Assembly (NCBI GenBank): GCA_046757025.1
Contig: JBHHXN010000002.1
Location: 32,001-96,000, forward strand
DNA length: 64,000 nucleotides
Reading direction: 5' to 3'
Source of the DNA: a bacterium
GTDB lineage: Bacteria; Zhuqueibacterota; Zhuqueibacteria; Oceanimicrobiales; Oceanimicrobiaceae
The position numbers were made by a program, and so were the translations under genes. Shown here piece after piece: positions 9,470 through 18,957 of this stretch. Each line of letters starts with the position of its first letter. The first letter of the stretch is position 1. The notes under the pieces were generated by a model that saw nothing but the letters and a program-made list of their open reading frames with translations, made no database searches and was not told the DNA's origin.

Positions 9470-10366
9470 CTAATTTAAAAAAGACACGCCTTTAGGGTCG
9501 ATGCCGACGGTGAGTATTTGCGCAGATATCTGCAATTTGTTTGCAAGCGCTTGCCATTGCGCTGTTAGTTGCGCGGTCTCTTTTGTGCACAAGCCTAAAA
9601 CCGTGGAGCCGGACCCACTGATACAGACCGCCAACGCTCCGGCGTCGTATCCGGCTTGCTCAATTTCATCGAAACCGGGAATCAGTTTTTTACGAAAGGG
9701 TTGGTGGATTTTATCCTGAACCGCAAAGTTTAAAAAACGGAAATCAGCCGTTAAAAAGGCGTGTGCCAGCAGAGCGCTTCTTTGAAGGTTGAAAACCGCA
9801 TCTTTGTGTGAAATGGTACGTGGCAGCACTTTTCGCGCTTGTTCCGTGGAAATGCGCCGGTGGGGGATAAAAAGCACCGCTTTCAATTTTTCAGACACGG
9901 GGACTTTTTGGGTTAAAACCGATTCGTTCTCTACACAGTTTATAGTCAAACCGCCGTAAAGCGATGCCGCTGCGTTTTCCGGATGGCCTTCGATTTGATT
10001 GGCCAGGTTTAAAAGCTCGCAATCGTTCAAATTTATTCCGGCGACTTTTGCACCCGTCACCAGTCCGGCAATGGCGGCGGCGCCGCTGCTTCCCAGTCCC
10101 CTGAACAGTGGAATCTCGTTGACAATTTCGATGCGCACGGGAGGAACGGATTTAGGGCTTTTTTCGAAAACAAGTCGGAAGGCTTTGTAAATGAGATTGT
10201 CCGCGTTGGTGGGAATTTCTCCGCAGCCTTCCCCGGCAACGTGAATTTGAAGATCGCGGCCGGTGGTCTCCATCTGCACGGTGAGATACAACTGCAGAGC
10301 CAAACCGAAGCAATCAAATCCCGAGCCTAAATTCGAGGTCGAAGCCGGAACGCGAACTCTAATCAT
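9470..10366 (-). CDS. thrB: Homoserine kinase
   Basis: 'VPASTSNLGSGFDCFG', GHMP motif 'PLFRGLGSSGAA', 'EGHPEN', 'ISGSGST'. Confidence 0.93.
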   Translation of the reverse strand: MIRVRVPASTSNLGSGFDCFGLALQLYLTVQMETTGRDLQIHVAGEGCGEIPTNADNLIYKAFRLVFEKSPKSVPPVRIEIVNEIPLFRGLGSSGAAAIAGLVTGAKVAGINLNDCELLNLANQIEGHPENAAASLYGGLTINCVENESVLTQKVPVSEKLKAVLFIPHRRISTEQARKVLPRTISHKDAVFNLQRSALLAHAFLTADFRFLNFAVQDKIHQPFRKKLIPGFDEIEQAGYDAGALAVCISGSGSTVLGLCTKETAQLTAQWQALANKLQISAQILTVGIDPKGVSFLN

Positions 10367-10943
10367 TTTTTAGCGATTGACGGCTGCCGGGTTTCACCAG
10401 AGCCCGGCCCTTTTTACAAAGTTCACATTGCGATGGCGGCATGGTCTTGATGTTCAATGCGATTAGAGAAAACATTTCGACTTCAAAATCAACCTGGCCG
10501 CTGCTTCTGTCCACTAAACAACCGACCCCCACCGGCAAACCTCGGTGCTTTTTCACCAACTGCAGCACTTCCTTCACCGAGCCACCGGTGGTTACGACAT
10601 CCTCAACGACTAGGACTCTTTCCTGGGGGAAAATTTCAAAGCCCCGGCGCAGGGCCATTTGACCGTTTTCTCGTTCAGCAAACAACACCCGTACTCCAAG
10701 CGCACGGCCGACTTCATGCGCCACGACAATGCCGCCAATGGCCGGCGCAATAACTGCTGAGATTTCCGATTCTGCGAAATGACTGGCTATTTCTGAGCAT
10801 AAATTTTCAGCCCGGTGCGGATATTGCATTACGCGCGCACATTGAAAATACTGCTCGCTGTGTAAACCGGATGTGAGCAGAAAATGACCGTTCAACAGCG
10901 CGCCGGTCTCAGAAAATAATTTCAGAATCTCTGCTTGCTGCAT
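10359..10943 (-). CDS. pyrE: Orotate phosphoribosyltransferase
   Basis: 'GHFLLTSGLHS..Y', PRPP-binding 'VVEDVVTTGGS', C-terminal 'KPGSR'; adjacent to pyrF. Confidence 0.93.
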   Translation of the reverse strand: MQQAEILKLFSETGALLNGHFLLTSGLHSEQYFQCARVMQYPHRAENLCSEIASHFAESEISAVIAPAIGGIVVAHEVGRALGVRVLFAERENGQMALRRGFEIFPQERVLVVEDVVTTGGSVKEVLQLVKKHRGLPVGVGCLVDRSSGQVDFEVEMFSLIALNIKTMPPSQCELCKKGRALVKPGSRQSLKND

Positions 10944-10955
10944 GGAAAAATCTAA

Positions 10956-11774
10956 TCACCTTTTGGTCTTTCGAACTTTATTGATTGTTTCTTTTATGTA
11001 CTCTGCTTCTCGGGCCGCGGCCTCCGCAAAATCATCGCCGCTGGAGCAATAAATGATGCTGCGGCTGAAATTAAAAATCGCCATCTCGCCTGCAGAGTCG
11101 GTTCCACCCAAGACAGCCGCTTCTAAGTCACCGCCTTGCGCGCCAAGACCGGGGACTAACAAGGGCAGATCGGGCGCCGCCTTTCTGATGGCAGACAGCT
11201 CCGCCACGTGAGTCGCCCCCGCTACAATCGCACAATTTTGCCGGGTGTTCCAAGATTTCACTTTGTTCAGCACCTCCATATAAAGCGGCTGACGGCCATC
11301 TGAGAAATATTGAAAATCTTGGGCGCCGGGATTCGAAGTTAAACATAAAATAATCGCGCCTTTTTCTGACCAGTTCAAAAACGGTTCCACGGCGTCCTGT
11401 CCCAAATAGGGATTGACCGTGACCGCATCAAAATCGAGACACTCTAAAATCGCTTTGGCGTACATTTCTGAAGACGTGCCGATATCGGCGCGCTTAGCAT
11501 CGGCTATCCTGAGGATATCAGGCGGAAAAACATCCATCAATTTTTCCAGTACCCGCCAACCCCTTGAACCCTCGGCTTCAAAGAAAGCCAGGTTCAGTTT
11601 AAATGCGGAGGCCATTTGCTGGGTACTGTTAATGATAGCCACACAAAAATCAAAAAACGGCTCCGGACGCGATTTTACCGCTTGCGGCATACGTTTCCAG
11701 ACCGGATCGAGCCCCACGCAAAGCAAACTATTTTTTTTCCTGGTAACTTCTAAAAATCTTTGTCGAAAGTTCAT
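10956..11774 (-). CDS. pyrF: Orotidine-5'-phosphate decarboxylase (subfamily 2)
   Basis: 'LCVGLDP', 'DAKRADIG', 'TVNPYLG', 'TSNPGA', 'LVPGLGAQGG', 'SRSIIY'. Confidence 0.94.
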   Translation of the reverse strand: MNFRQRFLEVTRKKNSLLCVGLDPVWKRMPQAVKSRPEPFFDFCVAIINSTQQMASAFKLNLAFFEAEGSRGWRVLEKLMDVFPPDILRIADAKRADIGTSSEMYAKAILECLDFDAVTVNPYLGQDAVEPFLNWSEKGAIILCLTSNPGAQDFQYFSDGRQPLYMEVLNKVKSWNTRQNCAIVAGATHVAELSAIRKAAPDLPLLVPGLGAQGGDLEAAVLGGTDSAGEMAIFNFSRSIIYCSSGDDFAEAAAREAEYIKETINKVRKTKR

Positions 11775-11805
11775 ACGACTCCTTCCATCCGTTTCCTGAA
11801 TCCGC

Positions 11806-12738
11806 TCAATTATAAAAATCCGGATGATGATACGTTTTTTCTCCAGCCAGAATTTTTATGGGCAGTCGGTTTTGTTCTGGCGGTAAAGGACAGGTTGCAA
11901 ACGGGGTAAACACACAGGGGGGATTATAAGCTTTGTTAAAATCTATAACGGTTTTACCGGTGGAGTCGGGTTTTTCAACATAGAGAAACCGCCCGCCGCC
12001 ATAGGTTTCTTTGCCTGTCGTCCTATCTCCGAAAACCACAAACAGTCTCCCGTCTGCATTTGCACTGATGGCGTCTAATCGGTAGGCTTGAGCGTTTATT
12101 TTAAATTCCAACGTGCCGGGGGACTCGGCTTCATTGATTGTCCCAATAATATTGGGCACCGATATCCGCTTGGGTGGATCATGGCGAATCAATTTTGCTG
12201 GCAAGCGCCAGGTGGCGTCGATTGGAAAGGAATCGATACCATGAAACTCGGCAATTTGCGTACTGTTTAAGTCGCGTAAACGAATGCCGATCCGCTCTCC
12301 GCGTTTAATGACGTACCATCGCAAGGAACCGTAGGACAAAACCGTGGGCCTCCCTTCCTGATCATTGGTCATGGTCATGTTTTGTACTGGTTGACCGTTG
12401 TGCAGCACTTGCAGGCCGGGGGAAATTTGAACCACTACCACACCCTCGTTGAGAATGAAAACACCTAATTTTTCCGGAGCTTTCTCTTTTTGAAAAACCA
12501 GGTCATTTTCAGAGCTGGCACCAAAGGTGTTGCGGCCCTCCTTCAACCAAAATAATCCAGCCAAATTCAGCCAGCCGGTTTCGCTCTTCAAGCTTTCCAG
12601 GCGAGCTTCTCGCCACGTTTGAATTTCATTGGCGTATTCAGGATCGGCGTTTTGTTGGGTCGTGGGCGAGGTACAGTTAAAAAGGAACGAGCTCAGGATG
12701 AGAAAGATGAATTTCAGTGGAGAAGTAAACATTTTCAC
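11806..12738 (-). CDS. DUF1684 family lipoprotein
   Basis: Lipobox-like 'FLFNC'; 'D.TTGKETYGGGRFL', 'DFNKAYNPPCVFTPFATCPLPP..N.L...I.AGEK'. Confidence 0.88.
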   Translation of the reverse strand: MKMFTSPLKFIFLILSSFLFNCTSPTTQQNADPEYANEIQTWREARLESLKSETGWLNLAGLFWLKEGRNTFGASSENDLVFQKEKAPEKLGVFILNEGVVVVQISPGLQVLHNGQPVQNMTMTNDQEGRPTVLSYGSLRWYVIKRGERIGIRLRDLNSTQIAEFHGIDSFPIDATWRLPAKLIRHDPPKRISVPNIIGTINEAESPGTLEFKINAQAYRLDAISANADGRLFVVFGDRTTGKETYGGGRFLYVEKPDSTGKTVIDFNKAYNPPCVFTPFATCPLPPEQNRLPIKILAGEKTYHHPDFYN

Positions 12739-12793
12739 AGGCTCACCTCATTAAGAAATATAGTGTTTCAGAAAATCGTTACTTTTATTCGCC

Positions 12794-12952
12794 TAGTGTC
12801 TGAACAAAGACTCGAAAGATGCACGATTTCTAAACCTCTTCGTGAAGGCGTCCCTTCGACAAGGCTCAGGACAGACCCCGCCGAGCTAAGCAGGGATTAA
12901 CCCTCGGCGAGGAGGCCTACGGGAAGATCAGATAGTTTTCGTTCAGACACTA
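12794..12952. mobile_element. MITE-like element (159 bp) with 19-bp imperfect terminal inverted repeats and internal REP-like palindromes
   Basis: Left TAGTGTCTGAACAAAGACT (12794-12812) vs reverse complement of right end TAGTGTCTGAACGAAAACT (12934-12952), 17/19; internal CCCTTCGACAAGGCTCAGGAC and CGCCGAG...CTCGGCG hairpin; no transposase. Confidence 0.65.
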
Positions 12953-13156
12953 ATTATGCATTCCTTGTTTTGACTAAATTTAAACATATTTCATAAATTG
13001 TCAATTGAATAGCCGGCTTTTTTTCTTTACTTGTTAATTATTTTTTCTTATTTTCAAACCATCATTCTACGCATGACCCATCTCACCGAACCCAATGTTA
13101 AGTCGCTCGAGTTCATCTGATCGACAATCAATTTAAATCTAACTCGGAGGGAGTAA

Positions 13157-14398
13157 ATGAAATTAAAACTGCACTGGCAAATCCTGATAGCGCTTGTATT
13201 AGGTGTCTTTTTTGGATTTTTATCCCGCAATTTGGACTTCCAACCATTCGTGACCGAAAAAGTGGCGGTTCTGGGCACGATATTTTTGCGTGGTTTACGA
13301 ATGATAATTGTGCCATTAATTATATCTTCCATCATTTCCGGTGTGACCAGCATCGGTTCTGCACAAAGCTTAGGACGGATGGGGCTCAAAACGTTCAGCT
13401 ATTACATCTCGACCAGTCTTTTAGCCATTGTCACCGGCCTCTTCCTGGTAAATCTAATCGCACCCGGCATCGGAGCTCAGGTAGGGCTGGAAGAAACCCC
13501 ACAAGAACTGGCGGCAAATGTTGAAAAACTCGGTGACACGCTTTTGGGTATTATACCAACCAATCCATTAGCAGCAATGGTGAACGGCCAAATGCTGCCA
13601 ATAATCTTCTTCGCATTGCTTTTCGGTTTTTTCATCACTCAAGCCCCGAACCCCTATCGACAGCAATTAACCGATTTGTTTCAGGGCGTATTCGAGGTGA
13701 TGATGAAATTAACGCATTTTATTATTCGTTTTACGCCGGTTGGAGTTTTCGCTCTTATGGCCAAAATTATCGCTCAAACGGGTTTTGATGTGGTTCTGCC
13801 GCTTGCGACCTATATGCTGACAGTTATGGCCGGCCTGCTCATCCATTTCACAATTACCCTGCCACTTTTGCTCTATTTTATTGGCGGTGTTAACCCATTA
13901 GCCCACGCACGGGCTCTTTCCGCCGCGCTTATGACAGCATTTTCAACTTCGTCTTCGTCGGCAACTTTACCCCTCACCATGGATGCCGTAGAAAATAATT
14001 CCGGGGTATCCAACAAAACCACCAGCTTTGTGCTGCCCCTGGGCGCCACCATCAACATGGATGGGACTGCGCTTTATGAGTGTGTCGCCGCGATGTTTAT
14101 TGCGCAAGCATACGGCATCGATCTGTCCGTGGGGCAGCAATTTATCGTCGTATTGACGGCCTTGTTAGCGAGTATCGGGGCAGCCGGGGTGCCCATGGCG
14201 GGACTGGTCATGATCACGATTATCCTCAGCGCAATCGGTTTACCTCTCGAAGGGGTGGGCTTAATCGTGGCTGTGGACCGAATACTTGATATGATGCGAA
14301 CCGCGACAAATGTCTGGAGCGATAGTTGTGGCGCGGTGATTATTGCGAAAACCGAAGGAGAAACGGAGATAAAAGTACTCCGCAAAGCAACCGCTTAA
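13157..14398 (+). CDS. Dicarboxylate/amino acid:cation symporter (GltP/GltT family), copy 1
   Basis: 'AFSTSSSSATLP', 'PLGATINMDGTA', 'ASIGAAGVP', 'DRILDMMRTATNV'. Confidence 0.93.
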   Translation: MKLKLHWQILIALVLGVFFGFLSRNLDFQPFVTEKVAVLGTIFLRGLRMIIVPLIISSIISGVTSIGSAQSLGRMGLKTFSYYISTSLLAIVTGLFLVNLIAPGIGAQVGLEETPQELAANVEKLGDTLLGIIPTNPLAAMVNGQMLPIIFFALLFGFFITQAPNPYRQQLTDLFQGVFEVMMKLTHFIIRFTPVGVFALMAKIIAQTGFDVVLPLATYMLTVMAGLLIHFTITLPLLLYFIGGVNPLAHARALSAALMTAFSTSSSSATLPLTMDAVENNSGVSNKTTSFVLPLGATINMDGTALYECVAAMFIAQAYGIDLSVGQQFIVVLTALLASIGAAGVPMAGLVMITIILSAIGLPLEGVGLIVAVDRILDMMRTATNVWSDSCGAVIIAKTEGETEIKVLRKATA

Positions 14399-14439
14399 TG
14401 CATTTTTGTACCGGGTTTTATTAAACTGATTTTCAACTC

Positions 14440-14512
14440 TTCAGCCGTTGGCTGTTAGTCTGCGTCAATAATTTCTCACAGGCAGGCTAAAAGCCAATAG
14501 CCAACGGCTGAA
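14440..14512. repeat. REP-like inverted repeat between the two symporter genes
   Basis: TTCAGCCGTTGGCTGTT (14440-14456) pairs with AATAGCCAACGGCTGAA (14496-14512), 16/17. Confidence 0.75.
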
Positions 14513-14602
14513 TCGTCACCATAATTTCTATGATTCAATTAAACACAAACTGAGTGTACATAAGAATAGGAATTTTAAATAGCTTTCAGAACCGGGGACT
14601 GC

Positions 14603-15898
14603 GTGAAAATTAAACTACACTGGCAAATCATTATCGGAATGATTCTTGGTTTAGTCTATGGGCTTCTTGCGGCGATCAATGGCTGGAGCGCGTTTACTTC
14701 TAACTGGATTGCACCTTTTGGGAAAATTTTTATCAACCTGCTTAAACTCATCGCGATCCCATTAATTATCGGTTCCTTGATTTCGGGGGTTGCCTCTTTA
14801 TCTGACTTAAAAAAGCTCTACCGTATTGGTGGAAAAACAATCTTTATTTTTATTGCAACCACAGTCATTTCAGTTACCATTGGCCTTCTGATAGTGAATA
14901 TCCTGAAACCCGGAAATAATGTCCCGGAAGAAATGCGTGTAAAACTGCAGGCCGTTTACCAGGCGGATGTCCAAACAAAAGAAGAAGCGGCTGAAAAAGC
15001 CAGAGAACGCGGCCCGCTGCAACCCTTAGTAGATATCGTTCCTGATAACTTTTTTAATTCCGTCTCCAGCAATAGCAACATGTTGCAAGTGGTCTTTTTT
15101 GCCATTTTTGTTGGCGTGGGAATTATTCAAATTTCAGCAGATAAGGTCAAACCTTTTCTCGACTTTTTTAATGGCTTGACCGACGTGGTGATCAAAATGG
15201 TCGACAACATTATGCTCATGGCGCCCATCGGGGTATTTGCCCTGATTGCAGATACCATAAACGTGGTAGCCAAAGACGATCTCTCCGAGGTCGTTGAACT
15301 ATTAAGCGCTTTGGGTTATTATTGCCTGGCGGTGGTTTTAGGTCTCTTAATCCAGACCCTTGTAACCTATCCCGTAATTTTAAAACTCTTCACACCCATG
15401 TCAATCACGACTTTTTTCAGAGGCCTTGGCCCCGCACAAATTCTGGCTTTTTCGACCAGCTCAAGTGGCGCAACCTTGCCGGTCACCATGGAGTGCTGTG
15501 AAAAAAATCTTGGGGTTTCCGAAGAAGTGTCCTCGTTTGTTTTGCCTCTCGGCGCCACCATCAACATGGACGGGACCGCGCTTTTCCAGACCGTTGCGGC
15601 TGTTTTTATTGCTCAAACGCTCGGCTATGGTTTAGATATCGGCGCGCAATTGACCATTATTTTAACAGCCGTTTTAGCTTCCATTGGTACTGCGGCGGTA
15701 CCGGGAGCGGGTGTCATCATGCTGGTGATTATCTTAGAGGCCATAAATGTACCCAGTGCGGGCATTGCCCTCATCCTGGGAGTGGATCGTATTTTAGATA
15801 TGTGCAGAACGGTACCCAACATTACCGGGGATGCCACCGTTGCCACCACCGTTGCCGCTACCGAAGGACAGTTGGGGGCTCCTAATCCCAATGCATGA
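14603..15898 (+). CDS. Dicarboxylate/amino acid:cation symporter (GltP/GltT family), copy 2
   Basis: 'AFSTSSSGATLP', 'PLGATINMDGTA', 'ASIGTAAVPG', 'DRILDMCRT'; GTG start. Confidence 0.93.
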   Translation: MKIKLHWQIIIGMILGLVYGLLAAINGWSAFTSNWIAPFGKIFINLLKLIAIPLIIGSLISGVASLSDLKKLYRIGGKTIFIFIATTVISVTIGLLIVNILKPGNNVPEEMRVKLQAVYQADVQTKEEAAEKARERGPLQPLVDIVPDNFFNSVSSNSNMLQVVFFAIFVGVGIIQISADKVKPFLDFFNGLTDVVIKMVDNIMLMAPIGVFALIADTINVVAKDDLSEVVELLSALGYYCLAVVLGLLIQTLVTYPVILKLFTPMSITTFFRGLGPAQILAFSTSSSGATLPVTMECCEKNLGVSEEVSSFVLPLGATINMDGTALFQTVAAVFIAQTLGYGLDIGAQLTIILTAVLASIGTAAVPGAGVIMLVIILEAINVPSAGIALILGVDRILDMCRTVPNITGDATVATTVAATEGQLGAPNPNA

Positions 15899-16805
15899 AC
15901 AAGTTATCAGCGGTAATATGATAGAACAGTGGTTTGCCGCGGGTGTACCTTTACGGGTTGAAATGGTCGATCGTTTCAAGGTCAAGAACTCCCGCACCTA
16001 CAATATCTTTCAACGTGTCGCAGGCACAGGCCCCTGGTTAACGTTTTTGCACGGCTATCCAACCTGTTCCTGGGATTGGCATAATCTGGTTTCCCCCCTC
16101 AAAAAGCACTTTCGCTTGCTGATGTTCGATTTTCTTGGTTTTGGGTTCTCGGAAAAGCCGCACAATCACCACTACAGCATTCTTGAACAGGCTGACATCA
16201 CTGTGGCGATCTGGAAAACGCACAATATAAAAAAAACCAGTTTAATTGCTCACAATTATGGGGATACGGTGGCGCTGGAATTGTTAAGCCGTCAGCAAGA
16301 AGGATTACTCAAAACACAGATTGACAAAGTCATCCTCTTGAACGGCGGGGTTTACGTCGATTACCAGCATCCGCTGCTTATTCAAAGATTACTAAAAATG
16401 CCGGCGGTCGGTACGGTCTTTTCACGGTTTCTCAACCAGCGCATTTTTTACAATCGGTTTGCATCGATATTTTCCAGAGCTCACCCCATTTCAGAAGTGG
16501 AGATCGAACAATATTGGCACGCCATTAAACATCAGAACGGACATAAAATTAATCATCGATTGATTCGATATTTAAATGAAAGAAAAAAATACCAGCATCG
16601 CTGGGAAGATGTCCTGGAAAACACACCCGTTCCCACCCATTTTATCTGGGGTTTGGAAGATCCCGTCTCCGGTCGCGACATTTTGAACCAAATCATTCAA
16701 CGCATGCCACACGCAGACGCCTTAACTCTGCCCGATGTAGGACACTATCCTCAACTGGAAGTCCCGCATGTTGTGGCAAATGCGATATTGAAAAAATTGG
16801 CCTGA
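15891..16805 (+). CDS. Alpha/beta hydrolase, MEST/epoxide-hydrolase-like
   Basis: 'LHGYPTCSWDW', 'DFLGFGFSEKP', 'AHNYGD', 'WGLEDPVSG', 'VGHYPQLE'. Start placed at ATG 15891, which overlaps the upstream stop, rather than 15831. Confidence 0.85.
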   Translation: MHEQVISGNMIEQWFAAGVPLRVEMVDRFKVKNSRTYNIFQRVAGTGPWLTFLHGYPTCSWDWHNLVSPLKKHFRLLMFDFLGFGFSEKPHNHHYSILEQADITVAIWKTHNIKKTSLIAHNYGDTVALELLSRQQEGLLKTQIDKVILLNGGVYVDYQHPLLIQRLLKMPAVGTVFSRFLNQRIFYNRFASIFSRAHPISEVEIEQYWHAIKHQNGHKINHRLIRYLNERKKYQHRWEDVLENTPVPTHFIWGLEDPVSGRDILNQIIQRMPHADALTLPDVGHYPQLEVPHVVANAILKKLA

Positions 16806-16820
16806 AAAAGCATTGCAGAA

Positions 16821-16851
16821 AAAAGGCTTGCCTTTCTCAGACAAGCCTTTT
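16821..16851. terminator. Bidirectional intrinsic terminator between convergent genes
   Basis: AAAAGGCTTG-11 nt-CAAGCCTTTT perfect 10-bp stem with A/T tracts on both sides. Confidence 0.8.
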
Positions 16852-16885
16852 GATTGAATGGATCTAAAAATATTTTCGGTTTTAA

Positions 16886-18463
16886 TTATCTGCCATTTGT
16901 TGACTGCGGCGGTCTTTGTGGTTCCGGCAAGGGTTTGCGCGGCAGTTTTTCATCGCGCATGGCAGTATGATAAACAAATGACGCCATGATGATCGAAGCT
17001 TGAATTAAGTCGCTTTTTTCCGCATTATCATAGACATCCATATTGGTGTGGTGAGTACGGTTCATGTAATTGAGCGGATCTTGAATAAACTGGAAGCCGG
17101 GTAATCCGACAGCATCAAACGCCAGATGGTCTGTGCCGCCGGTGTTGCGAATGGTAACCGTATTCGCGCCCATATCATGAAATGGCTTTAGAAATGCTTC
17201 AAAAACAGGCCGCACCGCGTCATTCCCTTGCAGGTAAACGCCTCTGATTTTTCCCGAACCATTGTCCAGATTATAATAAGCAGAAAACTTTTCCCACTCT
17301 GGTTTTAAACTCATGGTTTTTCTATCGCCAAAATGTTTCTCGACGTATCCCCGCGACCCTAATAGCCCTTGCTCTTCTCCGCCCCACAGAGCAACTCGGA
17401 TGGTACGGCGTGGTTTCACACCAATGGCTTTTAATATGCGAACGGCCTCCATGGCTACCACGCAACCAGCGGCATCATCCGTAGCCCCGGTGCCAGCGTG
17501 CCAGGAATCCAGATGGCCGCCCAGCATAACCACTTCGTTCTTAAGCTTTTTGTCCGTGCCCGGTATTTCAGCCACCACATTGTATCCTAAAGAATCATCG
17601 TCGAAAAATTTATTTTGAATGTTTATTTGCAATTTTACCTCGTTACCGTTTTCAAGCAGCCGGGCAATTCGTGAATAATGCTCAATGGCCACCACCAAAG
17701 CCGGCAACACTGGCTCGGAGTTCATTTTGTAAGAACCGCCGCTGCCGACTCGAACCGTACCATGTTCTCTTTGACTGGGCTCTAAAATGACTTCGACGCC
17801 TTCTTCGAGCAAAAATTTGGTGGTTTTAGTGCGCAATGCCCGCCTCTTTCTGAATTCAGCTCTCCGCGCCCACCACGATGGACGCTCACCCGGAACAGGC
17901 GCCCGCAGCAATTTTGCCAGATCTTCTTCAGAGTGTCGTTTCGCATCCGGCTCAAAATGGGTTTCGGACTCTCGCGGTTCTTGCGTCATAACAATTGCCC
18001 CCATTAACTTACCTTTGTATTTCTCGAAATCATCTTCTGAATCGATTTTTAACAGAATGGGTTTGCCGGAAACCGTGCCCTTGGTGCCTGGCGTCCAGGC
18101 TTTGGGATGAGCAATGATGTTCATGTATTGCGGCTCCAGCATTTCAATTGAATAGCGTTCAGCGGCCCACCCCCGGCCGAAGGTTCCCCACGGTTCCAGT
18201 TTAGCGTTCACCAATCCCCACTCGGTCAACTTATCCACACACCACTGAGCCGAAGTCCAGTAATTGGGTGAATTGGTTAAACGCGGACCATACAAATCAG
18301 TCAAATACATCAAAGACTCCATCACCTCCGAATTTTCGGTCCCCTCCTTTTTTATTTCCGAGATGATTTTTAAATCCACAGGTTCATTTGCCAAGAGCAA
18401 AGAAAGTGTCGAAAACATGACAACGATCACAATGAAATTGAACCGTCTTTTCTCCATTTCCAT
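16886..18463 (-). CDS. M28-family metallopeptidase (carboxypeptidase Q-like), secreted
   Basis: Signal peptide; 'LTD.YGPRLT.S', 'GGHLDSW', 'GATDDAAG', 'GEEQGLLGS', 'GGTDH..F', 'HHT..D'. Confidence 0.9.
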   Translation of the reverse strand: MEMEKRRFNFIVIVVMFSTLSLLLANEPVDLKIISEIKKEGTENSEVMESLMYLTDLYGPRLTNSPNYWTSAQWCVDKLTEWGLVNAKLEPWGTFGRGWAAERYSIEMLEPQYMNIIAHPKAWTPGTKGTVSGKPILLKIDSEDDFEKYKGKLMGAIVMTQEPRESETHFEPDAKRHSEEDLAKLLRAPVPGERPSWWARRAEFRKRRALRTKTTKFLLEEGVEVILEPSQREHGTVRVGSGGSYKMNSEPVLPALVVAIEHYSRIARLLENGNEVKLQINIQNKFFDDDSLGYNVVAEIPGTDKKLKNEVVMLGGHLDSWHAGTGATDDAAGCVVAMEAVRILKAIGVKPRRTIRVALWGGEEQGLLGSRGYVEKHFGDRKTMSLKPEWEKFSAYYNLDNGSGKIRGVYLQGNDAVRPVFEAFLKPFHDMGANTVTIRNTGGTDHLAFDAVGLPGFQFIQDPLNYMNRTHHTNMDVYDNAEKSDLIQASIIMASFVYHTAMRDEKLPRKPLPEPQRPPQSTNGR

Positions 18464-18957
18464 TCTCCTTGATTAGATTGGTAGGGTAATTGATTAATAT
18501 GTTCGCAACGTGGAAAATTAGTCTATAATTTAAAAAAAAATAAGTGATTTCCAAATGCTTTTTATAGGGAGAACGATTAGCCTCAACGTGATTTCCAAAC
18601 GGCTGATTTTCATACACCGAAAGTTTTCAACAACATGTTGGCAAAATGTGGATAACTTTGGGATAACATTCTAAATCGTCCCATTTATTGAAAAAAATTA
18701 ATTTGTCTTAAAAATTCAACTTCTTGCGAATTGTCATTAAAAATATAAAGAGTTGAACAAAAAAAGGATTTCGATAATGTCTGTTGACCGTTAACTACTT
18801 AATTTAAACAACTTATAGCTATTTATTATTGTGTGCCCAAGGTTCAAATATAATATTATCAATGCCAGTCGTTTGCGGGATAAGATCTAAAATATCTTTT
18901 CCGTTACAACATTTGTTTTTGCTATTCACGATGAACTGATCATAAAATTGTGGATAA
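18231..18957. promoter_or_regulatory. Cluster of DnaA boxes remote from oriC
   Basis: Perfect TTATCCACA at 18231-18239 (+), TGTGGATAA at 18647-18655 and 18949-18957; near matches TTTTCAACA (18624-18632) and TTGGGATAA (18658-18666); AT-rich 800-bp divergent intergenic region. Confidence 0.6.
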
